Source of the DNA: a virus
Length of the DNA stretch: 33,356 nt
IMG/VR virus record: IMGVR_UViG_3300013936_000008
Span: 1 to 33,356 of that record
Reading direction: 5' to 3' (one strand)
The notes under the pieces were generated by a model, which was not told the origin of the DNA, searched no databases, and saw only the letters and a program-made list of their open reading frames with translations. Made by a program: the position numbers and the translations under genes. Positions 1-9,104 of the stretch are shown piece after piece. Positions within the stretch are counted from its first letter, which is position 1, and the number at the start of each line of letters is the position of its first letter.

Positions 1-70
1 CGGGGTCGCCTTTGTCGCCTTTTTCTCCCTTGAGCGCCGCCAGCTGCTCCGGCGTAAAGTCGGAGTAGAC
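1..70. repeat. Terminal direct repeat identical to 33287-33356 (circular-closure overlap, or contig break inside tandem coding repeats)
   Basis: nt 1-70 and 33287-33356 are the same 70-mer (cggggtcgcctttgtcgcc...gtcggagtagac), read directly. Confidence 0.95.
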
Positions 71-535
71 GAACGGGTCTCCCTTGTCTCCCTTTTCACC
101 CGGCGCACCATCCGCGCCGATCTTGACGTCCTCCAGCGCGACGACGAGCGCCTGCATATTGCCGAGATCGACCGTCACGGTCGGCACATCGCTGCCGGTC
201 GCGTCCGCTGCGGGCGTGGTCTGCATGACCGCCCTGTCCGGGCACGCCTGCACAATGATCTGCCGGCGGCTGACGTAGCCCTTGAGCTGCGCCGCCGCAA
301 ACTCCATGCGCACGGTCAGCGTCGCCGCGCCGGGGCGGAGAGCGAGGCTCTCCTCCTGCGTCATGGGGTAGCGCCACACGCCGTCGGCGTAGGTGATGCC
401 GCCGTCTGGGTAGGTTTTGACCGTGCCGCCTAGGGCGACGCGCATCTGCCGTATATCCGCCGCACTGAGCGCCGCGCTTTCCGCACGGATGACGATGCCG
501 ATGTCGTAGGCGTCGCCTTGAATAATCGTGAACAC
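1..535 (-). CDS. Tail fibre, N-terminal part. The ORF runs off the left edge and continues in frame at the right edge if the sequence is circular.
   Basis: Not in the ORF track because it has no stop in the window. GTG at 535 lies 7 nt after GGAGGA (548-543), and the frame is open to nt 1. Translation is [20 protein letters not shown]...[43 protein letters not shown]. The globular N domain is weakly BppU-like, followed by Gly-X-Y triplets from about nt 109. Confidence 0.75.
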   Translation of the reverse strand, partial: MFTIIQGDAYDIGIVIRAESAALSAADIRQMRVALGGTVKTYPDGGITYADGVWRYPMTQEESLALRPGAATLTVRMEFAAAQLKGYVSRRQIIVQACPDRAVMQTTPAADATGSDVPTVTVDLGNMQALVVALEDVKIGADGAPGEKGDKGDPFVYSDFTPEQLAALKGEKGDKGDP

Positions 536-548
536 TGAGTATTCCTCC

Positions 549-1193
549 TCAATTGATCTCTATCCGCTCGATGTCGTAGGTCTGCGAATAGGCATGCGTG
601 CAGATGTAGAACTCCCCGTTGAGAGCGGACACATCGACCGTGTGGATTCTGCGCCCGAGATCCTTTTTCGTCAGCTTGGTCAGCGCCGAGAAATAGCTGT
701 CCCATGGATCGACCGTGTCGCCGCTCAACTTCTCCGCGACCGCGCCGAGGTATATGCCGTGGCTGTCCGAGAACGCCGTCCAGTTGATAAGATACCGTAT
801 CTCGCTTATCCCTGTGAGGTCGATCGGATTGGCCGTGCGGATGTCCACACCGGAATAGTTGGTGTTTGTAAAGCTCACCGAAATTTTGTCGTCGCCCCAC
901 GTGACCGCGCCGTTGGCCTGCTTGTTGTACTGAAAAGTCACGCGCCGGTAGATCGACGGCGTGCCGATGGGGTACTCGACGAGGTACGTGCCGGAATCAT
1001 ACTTGACCCGCACCCTCATGCCGGGGCAGAAGTTGTAGGCGGAGTTGCACCGATACGTCTTTTGACTTGCCTCGGTCTGTCCGGGGAAAATCAGCGTCAG
1101 CCCGGTAATCGTTACAGCCGCGACCGTCGCTGTCAGGAATTCCGGCTCGGCGAGGTTTTGAGAGTTGAGTATTAAGCTCGGGTCGCCTATCAC
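549..1193 (-). CDS. Hypothetical tail/baseplate protein (by position)
   Basis: 214-aa ORF between a Tal-like gene and the fibre gene, overlapping its upstream neighbour by 4 nt. No motif recognised. Confidence 0.5.
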   Translation of the reverse strand: MIGDPSLILNSQNLAEPEFLTATVAAVTITGLTLIFPGQTEASQKTYRCNSAYNFCPGMRVRVKYDSGTYLVEYPIGTPSIYRRVTFQYNKQANGAVTWGDDKISVSFTNTNYSGVDIRTANPIDLTGISEIRYLINWTAFSDSHGIYLGAVAEKLSGDTVDPWDSYFSALTKLTKKDLGRRIHTVDVSALNGEFYICTHAYSQTYDIERIEIN

Positions 1194-2242
1194 AGTATCA
1201 CCGTCCTTTTCGCTTTGATGGTCATCAACGCGCCCGCCGCGAGGTTGTAGCTCCAGCCCGTCTCTTCATAGATGCCGCCCACGTCCGGGTGCTCGATGCT
1301 TATAATGTCGCCCACGCCGTGCCCCGCCTCCGCGGGCACGGTGAACGTCAGCTCCCTCGTGCCCATGAGGCTCTGATCGCGCAGTTTGTCGGCGTAAGCT
1401 TGCAGCGAGGTCTGATCCGCGATCTGCGTGACCTTTTCCGTCTGCACTATGCGCATCCCGCGCTGGAGGATTGACTTCGCGCCGAAACTCTTATTTTCCG
1501 CCGTCGCCGTCAGCACGGCGGAGCGGTCGGCGTTGTCGCAGATGCACACGAACACGTTGGGCGCGTTATAGACGTCCGTCGTCTCCGTGTAGCCGGGGGC
1601 GACGGGTCGCAGCGTCAGCCCATGACGCGCGCTGTATGAGCGCTTGATCGCGGCGGCGCTGGGTGCGGCGTACTTTTGTAAATGCGCCAGCCCATCCGCG
1701 TCGAACCAGAGGGGATTGAAACCGATCTCGCCGAGCAGCTGATTGATGATCGTCAGGTAGCTCGTGCCGATCTGCCAGTCCTCGCGGTCGGCGGGCAGCA
1801 CGGCGGACGAGGCGTCCGCCAGCACAAGCGTTAACCCGCACGTCAGCAGCAGCCGCTTGATGACGTCGATGTACCCGTCGCCTGCCGAGAGATGCAGCAG
1901 CGTCTCCGTCTTAGTCGTCTGCACGACCCATCCGCGGTCGTAGGCGGTGACTGCGGTGGAGGTGACGTAGCTTTTGCGCTGGGCGCTGGTGTCCGTCGGG
2001 CGGAAGATGCCCAGCGGGGTCTCCACCCCGTCGATGATGATGCAGGGCTGAAGCTCATCCCTCAGCCAGTTTATCTCCGGCTCGCCCGCCCTGGCGGGCA
2101 GCAGCGTCGCGGAGAACGAGGTCTTCAGCGCGCCGGACGCACGGCAGGAGATGGACGGCGCCTGTGCGCTGTCCCAGCGCATCTCGCTGAGATACGCCCC
2201 ATTGCGCAGCGCCTTGATCCTGTATTCGACGGTTCTGATCAC
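1190..2242 (-). CDS. Tail-associated / baseplate hub-like protein (Tal position)
   Basis: 350-aa ORF, second gene after the tape measure, translationally coupled (4-nt overlaps on both sides). The call rests on siphovirus synteny. Confidence 0.5.
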   Translation of the reverse strand: MIRTVEYRIKALRNGAYLSEMRWDSAQAPSISCRASGALKTSFSATLLPARAGEPEINWLRDELQPCIIIDGVETPLGIFRPTDTSAQRKSYVTSTAVTAYDRGWVVQTTKTETLLHLSAGDGYIDVIKRLLLTCGLTLVLADASSAVLPADREDWQIGTSYLTIINQLLGEIGFNPLWFDADGLAHLQKYAAPSAAAIKRSYSARHGLTLRPVAPGYTETTDVYNAPNVFVCICDNADRSAVLTATAENKSFGAKSILQRGMRIVQTEKVTQIADQTSLQAYADKLRDQSLMGTRELTFTVPAEAGHGVGDIISIEHPDVGGIYEETGWSYNLAAGALMTIKAKRTVIL

Positions 2243-4527
2243 TCGCGCACCTCCTCCTCAAGCTCCGTGTTGGTCACGGAAAGCTGATAACTCGTGTAAA
2301 ACATATCAACGGTCTTAGTCGTCGATGTCAGAACACCGATCGCCATCTCACCGCTGTCGGTCTTCAGGCACACCACGCGCCCGAGGAGCGCCTCCAAAGC
2401 CCTCATCCCGGCGCGGTCATCCGCCCAGAATGCCGCAGAGACCGTCAGCGTCTCGTCCAGAAACTCGCTCACGTCGACCGACGGGCGCGCCTGCCCGACG
2501 ATGTGATAGCTAGTCGCCTGTCGGGCGCGCGTCATGCCGTATGTGCGGTGCTGCTGCTCGCTCAGCTCCAGCCACAGCGCCGCGCGCGTTTCCACGTCGA
2601 TGATGACCGGGCAGCGAGGATAGACCTCAACTATCACGGGATCGCTGATGCCGTAGTTGTTGCTCGCGGGGTAGCACCCGCGCACCTTGTAGGTGCACAG
2701 CCCGCAGGAGAGATAGTCAAGGTATTCCGTCTCCGTCACCCGCGCGACGGCGACGTCGTCGCGGTACACAAGGTAATAGTCATACCCGCCGACGTTCCAC
2801 GTCAGCCGCACCGCTGCGCCCTCGCCCTGTGCCGTAAGCTGTATGCTTTCTCCTGACGTGTTGACGACAGTCAGCTCGACCGTGCCGGGCTGGCTCCAAC
2901 GTCCGTAGCTGTTCTGCACGCGCACGCTCACAGTGTGTACGCCGTCCGTGAGGTACTTCGGGCTTTGCCAGCGCTTCAGCGAGCCGTAGGCAGTGGTCTT
3001 CTCCCCGTCGAGCGTCAGCTCGTATGCTTCCTGCTCGTTCGCCTGCCACTCTATGATTGGCTTTGGGCTCGCGTTTTTGACGGTCAGCCGCGGCGCACGG
3101 GGAGACCCGACAGCGACAAACTGCGCAGCGGCGCTCCACGTCCCGGCAACGCCGTCGAGGTTGTACGTGCACACGCGCCACCACCATGTGCCGCTTGCGA
3201 GCGTTCCTGCCGCGATGACGGTCTCGGTCTCCGCGCCGGTCACAGTCACAAGGTCGGTCCACGCCTCGCCGTCGGTGCTCTTTTGCAGGTCGGCCTTGGT
3301 CTGCGCCGACCCCGTGGAGATGATGTGCTGCCACGCAAACGCGACGGGGTTGTCGTTGTCAACAATTGTGCCGATAGGTGAGACCGGCGCGGAAGAAGGC
3401 ACAGCATCCGTGGTGTCAATGGCGCGCCACTCCGTCACCCAGCTGTTGCCGTACTGGTCATTGCCAGCGACCGCCCACTCATACTCGCCGCTCGTCATGA
3501 CATTTTCGGCGAGAGTGTAGCCGTCCGCGCTGTTTGCCACGGTGTACTCAGTGTATTCCGCCGCGTCCTTTACCCGGAGGCGCAGCTTCGTGATGACTGC
3601 ACCGTCAACCGTCGTCCAGCTGAAGAGCTGAGGCTTCGTGCGGTCGAGAAACGCCCCATCTGCGGGGCTGAGCGACGTCGTGATGCTGACATATGAGGAC
3701 AGCTCCACCCAGTCGGACGTGCTGGTGTAGCCGAGGGCGTCCGTCACGGAGAATTGATACTCAAAAGCCCCCTCGGGCAGCAGATTCCCCGCGACCGCCT
3801 TGCTCGTCTCCGTGCCGAAGTCCACCTCGGTGTATGCCGTCGCGCCCTTGGCTCGAAGGTGCAGCTTGATGCTTGCAACATCGGGCGTCCTATAGCTCGT
3901 GTCAACGCTGCTTTTGAGCTTCACATCAAACATCTGGGCAATCGCACGGTTGCAGCGGGCTCCCGTTCGCGGGGATGTACTGTCGGCGATTTTATGACAC
4001 TGCCCATCGCCAAATTCAAGCCGCAGATACGGTTTACTGCTGCCATAGGCTGTCTGCACGTAGGCTGTCCAGTATGCGTCGTCATACGGCGTGCTCTCAT
4101 CTTTTAAGCAGTACAGAAGACCGTTGTCGAGTATCCGGCGTATTTTATAGGTGAAATAAGCCGGTGCGATGTCGCAAGTGACATAGCCGCCGGACGATGC
4201 GAACCGTCCGAACCCGATGTAATCGACCCCCGGCAGCGACGCATAGGTAAGCGATGATACGTCCACTGGCGCGCTCAACGCGCGGAATTCGCACTCCGGC
4301 GCGCCCCAGCCAGAGACCTCAACGCCGTACCCGTATGCGGCGACAGCCGCATTGGTGATGGGGCTGTACAGCTTTGAGGCAGGAACGGTAAAGCCATTAC
4401 AGACGATGCTGTGCAGATAACCGCCCTGGAGGACGACCTGCCCGGAGCCCTGCTCGCGATAATAAATATCCTGCCCGGATATTTTAACTGACGCAGTCGG
4501 GTATAAAGTCACCGTCTCGCTCATCAC
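2239..4527 (-). CDS. Distal-tail/baseplate protein with repeated Ig/FN3-like modules
   Basis: 762-aa ORF immediately after the tape measure (overlap 4524-4527). It has several beta-rich modules of about 90 aa with conserved W/Y spacing, and a C-terminal part weakly Dit-like. The call is mostly from synteny. Confidence 0.55.
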   Translation of the reverse strand: MMSETVTLYPTASVKISGQDIYYREQGSGQVVLQGGYLHSIVCNGFTVPASKLYSPITNAAVAAYGYGVEVSGWGAPECEFRALSAPVDVSSLTYASLPGVDYIGFGRFASSGGYVTCDIAPAYFTYKIRRILDNGLLYCLKDESTPYDDAYWTAYVQTAYGSSKPYLRLEFGDGQCHKIADSTSPRTGARCNRAIAQMFDVKLKSSVDTSYRTPDVASIKLHLRAKGATAYTEVDFGTETSKAVAGNLLPEGAFEYQFSVTDALGYTSTSDWVELSSYVSITTSLSPADGAFLDRTKPQLFSWTTVDGAVITKLRLRVKDAAEYTEYTVANSADGYTLAENVMTSGEYEWAVAGNDQYGNSWVTEWRAIDTTDAVPSSAPVSPIGTIVDNDNPVAFAWQHIISTGSAQTKADLQKSTDGEAWTDLVTVTGAETETVIAAGTLASGTWWWRVCTYNLDGVAGTWSAAAQFVAVGSPRAPRLTVKNASPKPIIEWQANEQEAYELTLDGEKTTAYGSLKRWQSPKYLTDGVHTVSVRVQNSYGRWSQPGTVELTVVNTSGESIQLTAQGEGAAVRLTWNVGGYDYYLVYRDDVAVARVTETEYLDYLSCGLCTYKVRGCYPASNNYGISDPVIVEVYPRCPVIIDVETRAALWLELSEQQHRTYGMTRARQATSYHIVGQARPSVDVSEFLDETLTVSAAFWADDRAGMRALEALLGRVVCLKTDSGEMAIGVLTSTTKTVDMFYTSYQLSVTNTELEEEVRE

Positions 4528-6314
4528 GTCACCCCCATTCGGCTGTATCGCTCAAGATTGTCAAAAAAGTCTATGATGTCCTGCATTGATTGCAGGGAGC
4601 TAGCGTCAACGGTCATGTTTTCTATGACGACCGTGGCGTGCTCGCCGCGGGTCTCCTGCGCGGTGCGTATCTGCGCGCCCTGCGGCAGATACACGGTCTC
4701 CGGTCCCGTCTCGCCCACGCGGGTCATGCCCCCGCGCCAGTAGTCCGTGCCGCCCGCGTTGTAGCCATTCGCGACCCACTTGCCGCTCGCGTCCTGCACC
4801 CAGCCGCCCGCGCTGGCGCGCTGGCTGCCGTATTTCGCCTGCTGCATGTGCGACATTTCGCCGGTCGTGTTCATGCCATAGCCCAGGGCGACGCCGATTT
4901 TACCGAAATCAAGCGTCAGCAGCCCGACAAGCACGTCCTTCGCGTCGAGGATCCACGCCACTGTGCCGCGCAGGGCGTCAAACGCCGTCCCGAGCGCCGG
5001 GATTGCCGCGCTCGCCAGCGACTCGATTGGTTCGAAGAGCTCGACAGCGAACTCAAGCAGCTGCCCGAAGCTGTCCACGATGCCGGATTCGACGAGCTCC
5101 GAACCCAGAGATTCGACAAGCTCGGCGGACTTGTTCAACGCCTTTTCCATGTGCGGCGCATACTGGAGGCTGATCTGGTCGGTCACTGCCTCCTGCGTCT
5201 TTTTCAGCCGGTTCTGCGCGTCGTCCACAGCCTTGAGCGCCTCAAGGTCATCCTCGCTGAGCACTGCGCCCATGCGCTCCGCCTCGTCGCCGTAGGCGCG
5301 CAGCGCGTCCGTTCCCTCCTCGATGAGGGGGTTGAGCTGCTGTGCGCTCTCGTTGATCAGTCCCATCGCCGCCGCGTCGCGCTCGGTCGTGTTGCCCATT
5401 TCGCCGAGAGCGTCTATCACGTCGAGGAACACGTCGTAGCTGTCGCGAAGACTGCCGTCTGTGTTGGTGATGCTGACGCCGAGAGCATCGAATTTTCCGG
5501 CATACTCTTCGTTGCCGTTTGCGGCGTCTGCCATGTTTTTCGTCAGGTCCTTGAGCGAATCCGTGAGAGTGTCCGAGCTGACGCCCACGAAATCAGACGC
5601 ATACTGGAACTTTTGCAGCGCGTCGGCGCTGACGCCGGACACGCTCGAAAGCTTCAGCAGCTCCTCCGCCCGCTGTCCGCTCTCCAGCGTCATCTCGTCG
5701 AGGGCGTTTTTTGCCTTAACAGCGGCGACGACAAGCCCGGCGACAGCGCCCGCCGCGGCGACGGCACCAGCGCTTACGCCGCCCAGCCCATTCAAAGCCT
5801 TCGTTGCTCCGTCGGGCAGATCTATTCCTAGTTTGCTGCTCACCGTGCCGACGGCGTCGCCCAGCTCCACGGTCTTGGGCTCAGTGTCCTTTATCGTGTC
5901 GCCGAGCTTATCGGTACTGTTCTGCGCGTCCTCCTCGGCGGATTCAAGCGCCTGTATCTGCTCCGCCGTGGCGTCCATCGCGTTGCCGAGCTGGGCTGCC
6001 TCCGCCTGGGTGTTGTTCAGGCTGACCTGCCAGCTCTTCGTGCGTTCGTCCGCCTCGCCGTATGCCTGGGCGCTGTCTCGGAGCGCCTTTTCAAGGGTCT
6101 CTATCTTTTCCCGGAGCGTCAGCACCTGCCGCTCCTGCACGTCGTACTTGGCGCGCAGCGCCTCCACGCTGTCGGCGTTCTCGGCAAACTCTGCGGAGGT
6201 GAGCTTCATTTCGCTGTTGAGGACGCGGAGCGAGCTGTTGATCTCCTTCACGGCATTTTTATACGCCTGTTCACCAGTCAGCTCCAGCTTGGCGGATATT
6301 TTTCGCTGTGCCAT
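4524..6314 (-). CDS. Tail tape measure protein
   Basis: 596 aa with a coiled-coil N-terminus (MAQRKISAKLELTGEQAYKNAVKEINSSL...), a Gly/Ala-rich hydrophobic segment, and a position directly after the chaperone frameshift product. Confidence 0.85.
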   Translation of the reverse strand: MAQRKISAKLELTGEQAYKNAVKEINSSLRVLNSEMKLTSAEFAENADSVEALRAKYDVQERQVLTLREKIETLEKALRDSAQAYGEADERTKSWQVSLNNTQAEAAQLGNAMDATAEQIQALESAEEDAQNSTDKLGDTIKDTEPKTVELGDAVGTVSSKLGIDLPDGATKALNGLGGVSAGAVAAAGAVAGLVVAAVKAKNALDEMTLESGQRAEELLKLSSVSGVSADALQKFQYASDFVGVSSDTLTDSLKDLTKNMADAANGNEEYAGKFDALGVSITNTDGSLRDSYDVFLDVIDALGEMGNTTERDAAAMGLINESAQQLNPLIEEGTDALRAYGDEAERMGAVLSEDDLEALKAVDDAQNRLKKTQEAVTDQISLQYAPHMEKALNKSAELVESLGSELVESGIVDSFGQLLEFAVELFEPIESLASAAIPALGTAFDALRGTVAWILDAKDVLVGLLTLDFGKIGVALGYGMNTTGEMSHMQQAKYGSQRASAGGWVQDASGKWVANGYNAGGTDYWRGGMTRVGETGPETVYLPQGAQIRTAQETRGEHATVVIENMTVDASSLQSMQDIIDFFDNLERYSRMGVT

Positions 6315-6930
6315 TAAAACGTCACCCCCTTAAAAAAGTCTCTCAAACTCTTCTGTTTCGGCGCGCCCCTGGGTGGGGGCGGCGGTGCCCATCTGGGCAC
6401 AGGCTCCGGCGCGGGCGGGGCAAGCGCCTCGCACAGCGCGTCCAGCCGCGCCGGAGACATATTGTCCCAAAAATCGTGCTCAGACCCGTTAAAGCGGGAG
6501 AGCCAAACGGCGAGGGGCAGGGCATAGTCAAGCTCCTGCCCCTCGCCGGTCAGTTTTTTGGTGTATCCTCCTCCGCCGCCTCGGCGGCGGAGTCGTCTGT
6601 GTTGTCGGCGGCAGCCTTGCTGCCGAGCACGGCGGCGAACACAAGCGCGTTGACCTCGTTGACAAGATCGACGGCCGTGCCGTGGTAGTCCGTCTCCAGC
6701 ATTGCGGAGACCTGCGCCGTGGTGTAGCGCGTCTTGCTGCCGTCGCGGCGGTGCGCGTCGTTGATCATCGCGGTCAAGAACGTGAGCGCACAGTAAAAGC
6801 TGCCCGCGTTGAGGGCGTTCTTGACCCCGCCGTAGACATAGTCCACATCTGACAGCACGGCAAAGTTGCAGCGCAGGGCATAGGTCTCGCTGCCGAGGGT
6901 GAAATCAAGCTCTTTCGGTCTTATATCCAT
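6314..6930 (-). CDS. Tail assembly chaperone, -1 frameshift fusion product (gpGT-like)
   Basis: After a -1 slip at A_AAA_AAC the frame is open for 79 codons (KKLTGEGQELDYALPLAVWLSRFNGSEHDFWDN...KGVTF). It stops at TAA 6316-6314, which overlaps the tape-measure ATG (TAATG). Confidence 0.7.
6385..6400. repeat. 16-bp palindrome copy 1 (GTGCCCATCTGGGCAC on + strand), inside the gpT coding extension
   Basis: Exact match to the six-copy motif; encodes P-V-P-R-W-A in the frameshifted frame. Confidence 0.95.
6550..6930 (-). CDS. Tail assembly chaperone (gpG-like, zero-frame product)
   Basis: ATG at 6930 lies 7 nt after GGAGGG (MDIRPKELDFTLGSETYALRCNF...). The acidic C-terminus ends ...EEDTPKN-stop on a slippery site, and the gene sits between the major tail and tape measure genes. 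Confidence 0.8.
   Translation of the reverse strand: MDIRPKELDFTLGSETYALRCNFAVLSDVDYVYGGVKNALNAGSFYCALTFLTAMINDAHRRDGSKTRYTTAQVSAMLETDYHGTAVDLVNEVNALVFAAVLGSKAAADNTDDSAAEAAEEDTPKN
6553..6559 (-). promoter_or_regulatory. Programmed -1 ribosomal frameshift heptamer A_AAA_AAC
   Basis: The minus strand reads CCA AAA AAC TGA. This is a canonical X_XXY_YYZ heptamer at the last codons of the chaperone ORF. Confidence 0.7.
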
Positions 6931-6944
6931 CGCACAGCCCTCCG

Positions 6945-7598
6945 TCAGGTCGTCATGCCGAGCATGGCCTTGCACCAGGCGACGGCCTCCTCCTCGGTGT
7001 CCACCTCGGTCTGCTCGATCATCAGCGGCGCGGGCGTGCCGGTCCTGTGATCAGGTGCCATGAACTCGCCGGTCGTCGTGGGCGTGACCCACGTGATGCT
7101 GTCATTCTCGGTGTTGTAGGTCGTCTCGGGCGGACCGAACTGAGCTTTACGGACGAAAACGCAGAAAAAGCTGTCGTCAGAATCGTTATCATCTGCGGGG
7201 GCATAGTAGGCGTAGCCGACAGGATGTCCCGGCGTCGTCTCGCCGTAACCGATATTCTTGACGGTCTTTTCGGTCTGCGCCGTGCCGACCTTGATCTTGA
7301 CCTCGGTCTCCTGCGCCTGATAAAGCATTTTCTGCATCTCAAGCTTCAGCGCGTCCACGCCAAAGGACACGCTGCCGCCGGTCAGCTTGCGCTTGAAGCG
7401 GCGCAGCACGCCGGAGGCGTAGAGCCGACCCTCGGCAAATCTGAAGCCGAGCGTTGCCGTGATGCCGTGTCCGATGGCGGCGCAGTCGGTGTAGCTGATC
7501 GTGCCGGTCTCGGTGTTGTAGTTGTACACGCCCGCATAAAAGTCACGCAGACCGTATACTATGTATTCATTCTTGCTGAGAGTTGCAGTGTCGGGCAT
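6945..7598 (-). CDS. Major tail protein
   Basis: 217 aa with a position upstream of the chaperone pair; beta-rich sequence of the size typical of siphovirus major tail proteins. Confidence 0.75.
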   Translation of the reverse strand: MPDTATLSKNEYIVYGLRDFYAGVYNYNTETGTISYTDCAAIGHGITATLGFRFAEGRLYASGVLRRFKRKLTGGSVSFGVDALKLEMQKMLYQAQETEVKIKVGTAQTEKTVKNIGYGETTPGHPVGYAYYAPADDNDSDDSFFCVFVRKAQFGPPETTYNTENDSITWVTPTTTGEFMAPDHRTGTPAPLMIEQTEVDTEEEAVAWCKAMLGMTT

Positions 7599-7613
7599 TT
7601 GTCACACTCCTTT

Positions 7614-8099
7614 TTACAAGTCTTTCGATTTTAGCCAGTCGTCATAGATGCGCGTCTGCACGGCGAGTATCTGGTCGGCGCAGCCCTCAAGGGCGGTGCG
7701 CATCCATTGATAGGCTTTCTTGTTCCGCCGAGGCGCACCGAACTCAAGCACGAAGCCGACATCGTTGTTGGTCATCTTTATTGCTTGACCGCCCTTGCGC
7801 CGTCCCTTGATGCTCACGCGCCGGAGCTTCGCGCCGACGTACATATCCTTGCGCGTCCCGCGCGGGTAAATGAGGTAGTAGAGCTTGTTGTCCTTGCTCC
7901 GTTTTTGCACGGAGACAAGGCTGCCGAGCAGCTGCCGCGTGTCTACGAGACCGAGCTTTTCGAGGTTGGCGGTCATGGCGCGCAGGGCGATGTCGGCGGA
8001 GGACCTGAGCATTTTATCGACGACGCTGTCGGGTATCGCCTCCAGCGCCGCCATGTCGAGCATGAGCTTGTCGATGCTCTGCGCCAAAAATTTAGCCAT
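7614..8099 (-). CDS. HK97 gp10-like neck/tail-completion protein
   Basis: Start chosen at MAKFLAQSIDKLMLDMAALEAIPD... The motif ...GFVLEFGAPRRNKKAYQWM... is typical of the HK97 gp10 family. The upstream ATG at 8129 would overlap the previous gene. Confidence 0.65.
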   Translation of the reverse strand: MAKFLAQSIDKLMLDMAALEAIPDSVVDKMLRSSADIALRAMTANLEKLGLVDTRQLLGSLVSVQKRSKDNKLYYLIYPRGTRKDMYVGAKLRRVSIKGRRKGGQAIKMTNNDVGFVLEFGAPRRNKKAYQWMRTALEGCADQILAVQTRIYDDWLKSKDL

Positions 8100-8439
8100 A
8101 GTCCACCGCCTCGCTGCCCTCGAACTCAAGCACCCAGTGTTGGCTGTCGCCGTCGCTCGCGTCCTCCGCCGTCGGGAACGTAAACCCCGCCAGAAATACC
8201 GCCCTTTTGAGGCCTTTCAGCTTCCCCTCCGGGTTGCGCCCGGGGGGGAGATAATAGTGCAGCTGATAGAGGTACACGATGCGCCGCGGCGCGCCGCCAG
8301 CGTGCAGCCGGGGGTACTCCGCGCGGTTGTAGGTACAGTATTCGTCCGGCTCTTCGCCGGGCGCGGGGATGTAGCTGTCGGGGCGCACGGTCGGCACGAT
8401 CGGCCCGACCGCCGCCACAAGCGCCGCGTTGAGGCTCAT
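8092..8439 (-). CDS. Head-tail joining / tail-completion protein (by position)
   Basis: 115-aa ORF within the connector gene block, overlapping both neighbours by a few nt. Confidence 0.5.
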   Translation of the reverse strand: MSLNAALVAAVGPIVPTVRPDSYIPAPGEEPDEYCTYNRAEYPRLHAGGAPRRIVYLYQLHYYLPPGRNPEGKLKGLKRAVFLAGFTFPTAEDASDGDSQHWVLEFEGSEAVDYG

Positions 8440-8786
8440 GACGCACCCCCCAGCTCGCGCAGCTCCGCGAGGATCTCCGTAAACCCGCCCCGGTCGCCGT
8501 ACTGGTTGACGTAGGTGATGTTGTACGTGTCCCCGTTGTACCTGATGAGGTACAGCCGGGATATTTCGACCGGCGGCGTGCGGATGAGGAAGCGCACCTT
8601 GACCGTGCCGAGATCCGCCCCCTGCCGAAGGCTCTCCGTCCCGCTCTGGCGCGTGAACTGCGCCCAGCAGCGCTGGATCGGCTTGTCCTCCGTGGTTGCG
8701 TACCGTGCGGCGTCGTGGGTCTGCACTCGCTGGATGATCTCAATGCGCTTGTCCAGCGCGCCCGCATCTACGTTGAGCTCAGTCAT
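8436..8786 (-). CDS. Head-tail adaptor (head closure) protein
   Basis: MTELNVDAGALDKRIEIIQ...KVRFLIRTPPVEISRLYLIRYNGDTYNITYV resembles SPP1 gp16/HK97 gp9-type head-tail joining proteins; start at 8786. Confidence 0.65.
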   Translation of the reverse strand: MTELNVDAGALDKRIEIIQRVQTHDAARYATTEDKPIQRCWAQFTRQSGTESLRQGADLGTVKVRFLIRTPPVEISRLYLIRYNGDTYNITYVNQYGDRGGFTEILAELRELGGAS

Positions 8787-9102
8787 CGTTGTCCTCCTCG
8801 TAGCTGTCGGCAACGACCTGCGCCTCCGCGTCCAGCTTGAGCTGGTTGATCACCGGGCGCAGCCCGCGCGGCATTTCTGCCTCCGTGCCGACCGCGTCCC
8901 TGTGGTCGTAGTAGTACAGCGTCAGCCCATGCACCACGATGTCATACCGCGCGGCGTTGTCCGCCGTGCGGTAGATACCCGCCCCGGTCAGATACTCCTC
9001 CGCGCCCGTGAGCAGCGACGCGATGAGGGTGTCCTCCGCGTCGCCGTCCACGCGCATATACGCCTTGCACGCAGCGAGGCGGTCAGCGCTCACGCTCGCC
9101 AT
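8779..9102 (-). CDS. gp6-like head-tail connector (DNA-packaging) protein
   Basis: 107 aa immediately after the capsid gene. The motif ...AYMRVDGDAEDTLIASLLTGAEEYL... is characteristic of the gp6-like connector family. Confidence 0.7.
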   Translation of the reverse strand: MASVSADRLAACKAYMRVDGDAEDTLIASLLTGAEEYLTGAGIYRTADNAARYDIVVHGLTLYYYDHRDAVGTEAEMPRGLRPVINQLKLDAEAQVVADSYEEDNDD

Positions 9103-9104
9103 TC

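Noticed and set aside
4590-5831. Long + strand ORFs antisense to structural and replication genes. Examples are 4590..5831, 5461..6333, 9153..10523, 12829..14247, 19713..20864, 528..1175 and 7047..7634.
   Set aside because: These are typical stop-poor shadow frames of high-GC coding DNA. Their products are Arg/Ala/Ser-rich and low in complexity, they have no SD-linked starts, and each fully overlaps a minus-strand gene with clear homology-type motifs.
8126-8767. 213-aa Arg-rich minus-strand ORF overlapping three connector genes, and similar ORFs such as 2780..3334, 13466..13897 and 18192..19253 N-terminal extension.
   Set aside because: These are alternative frames of real genes with extreme Arg/Ala/Gly composition and no independent translation signals. 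For 18192..19253 only the part from MHTVAICNLKGG (18980) is ParA.
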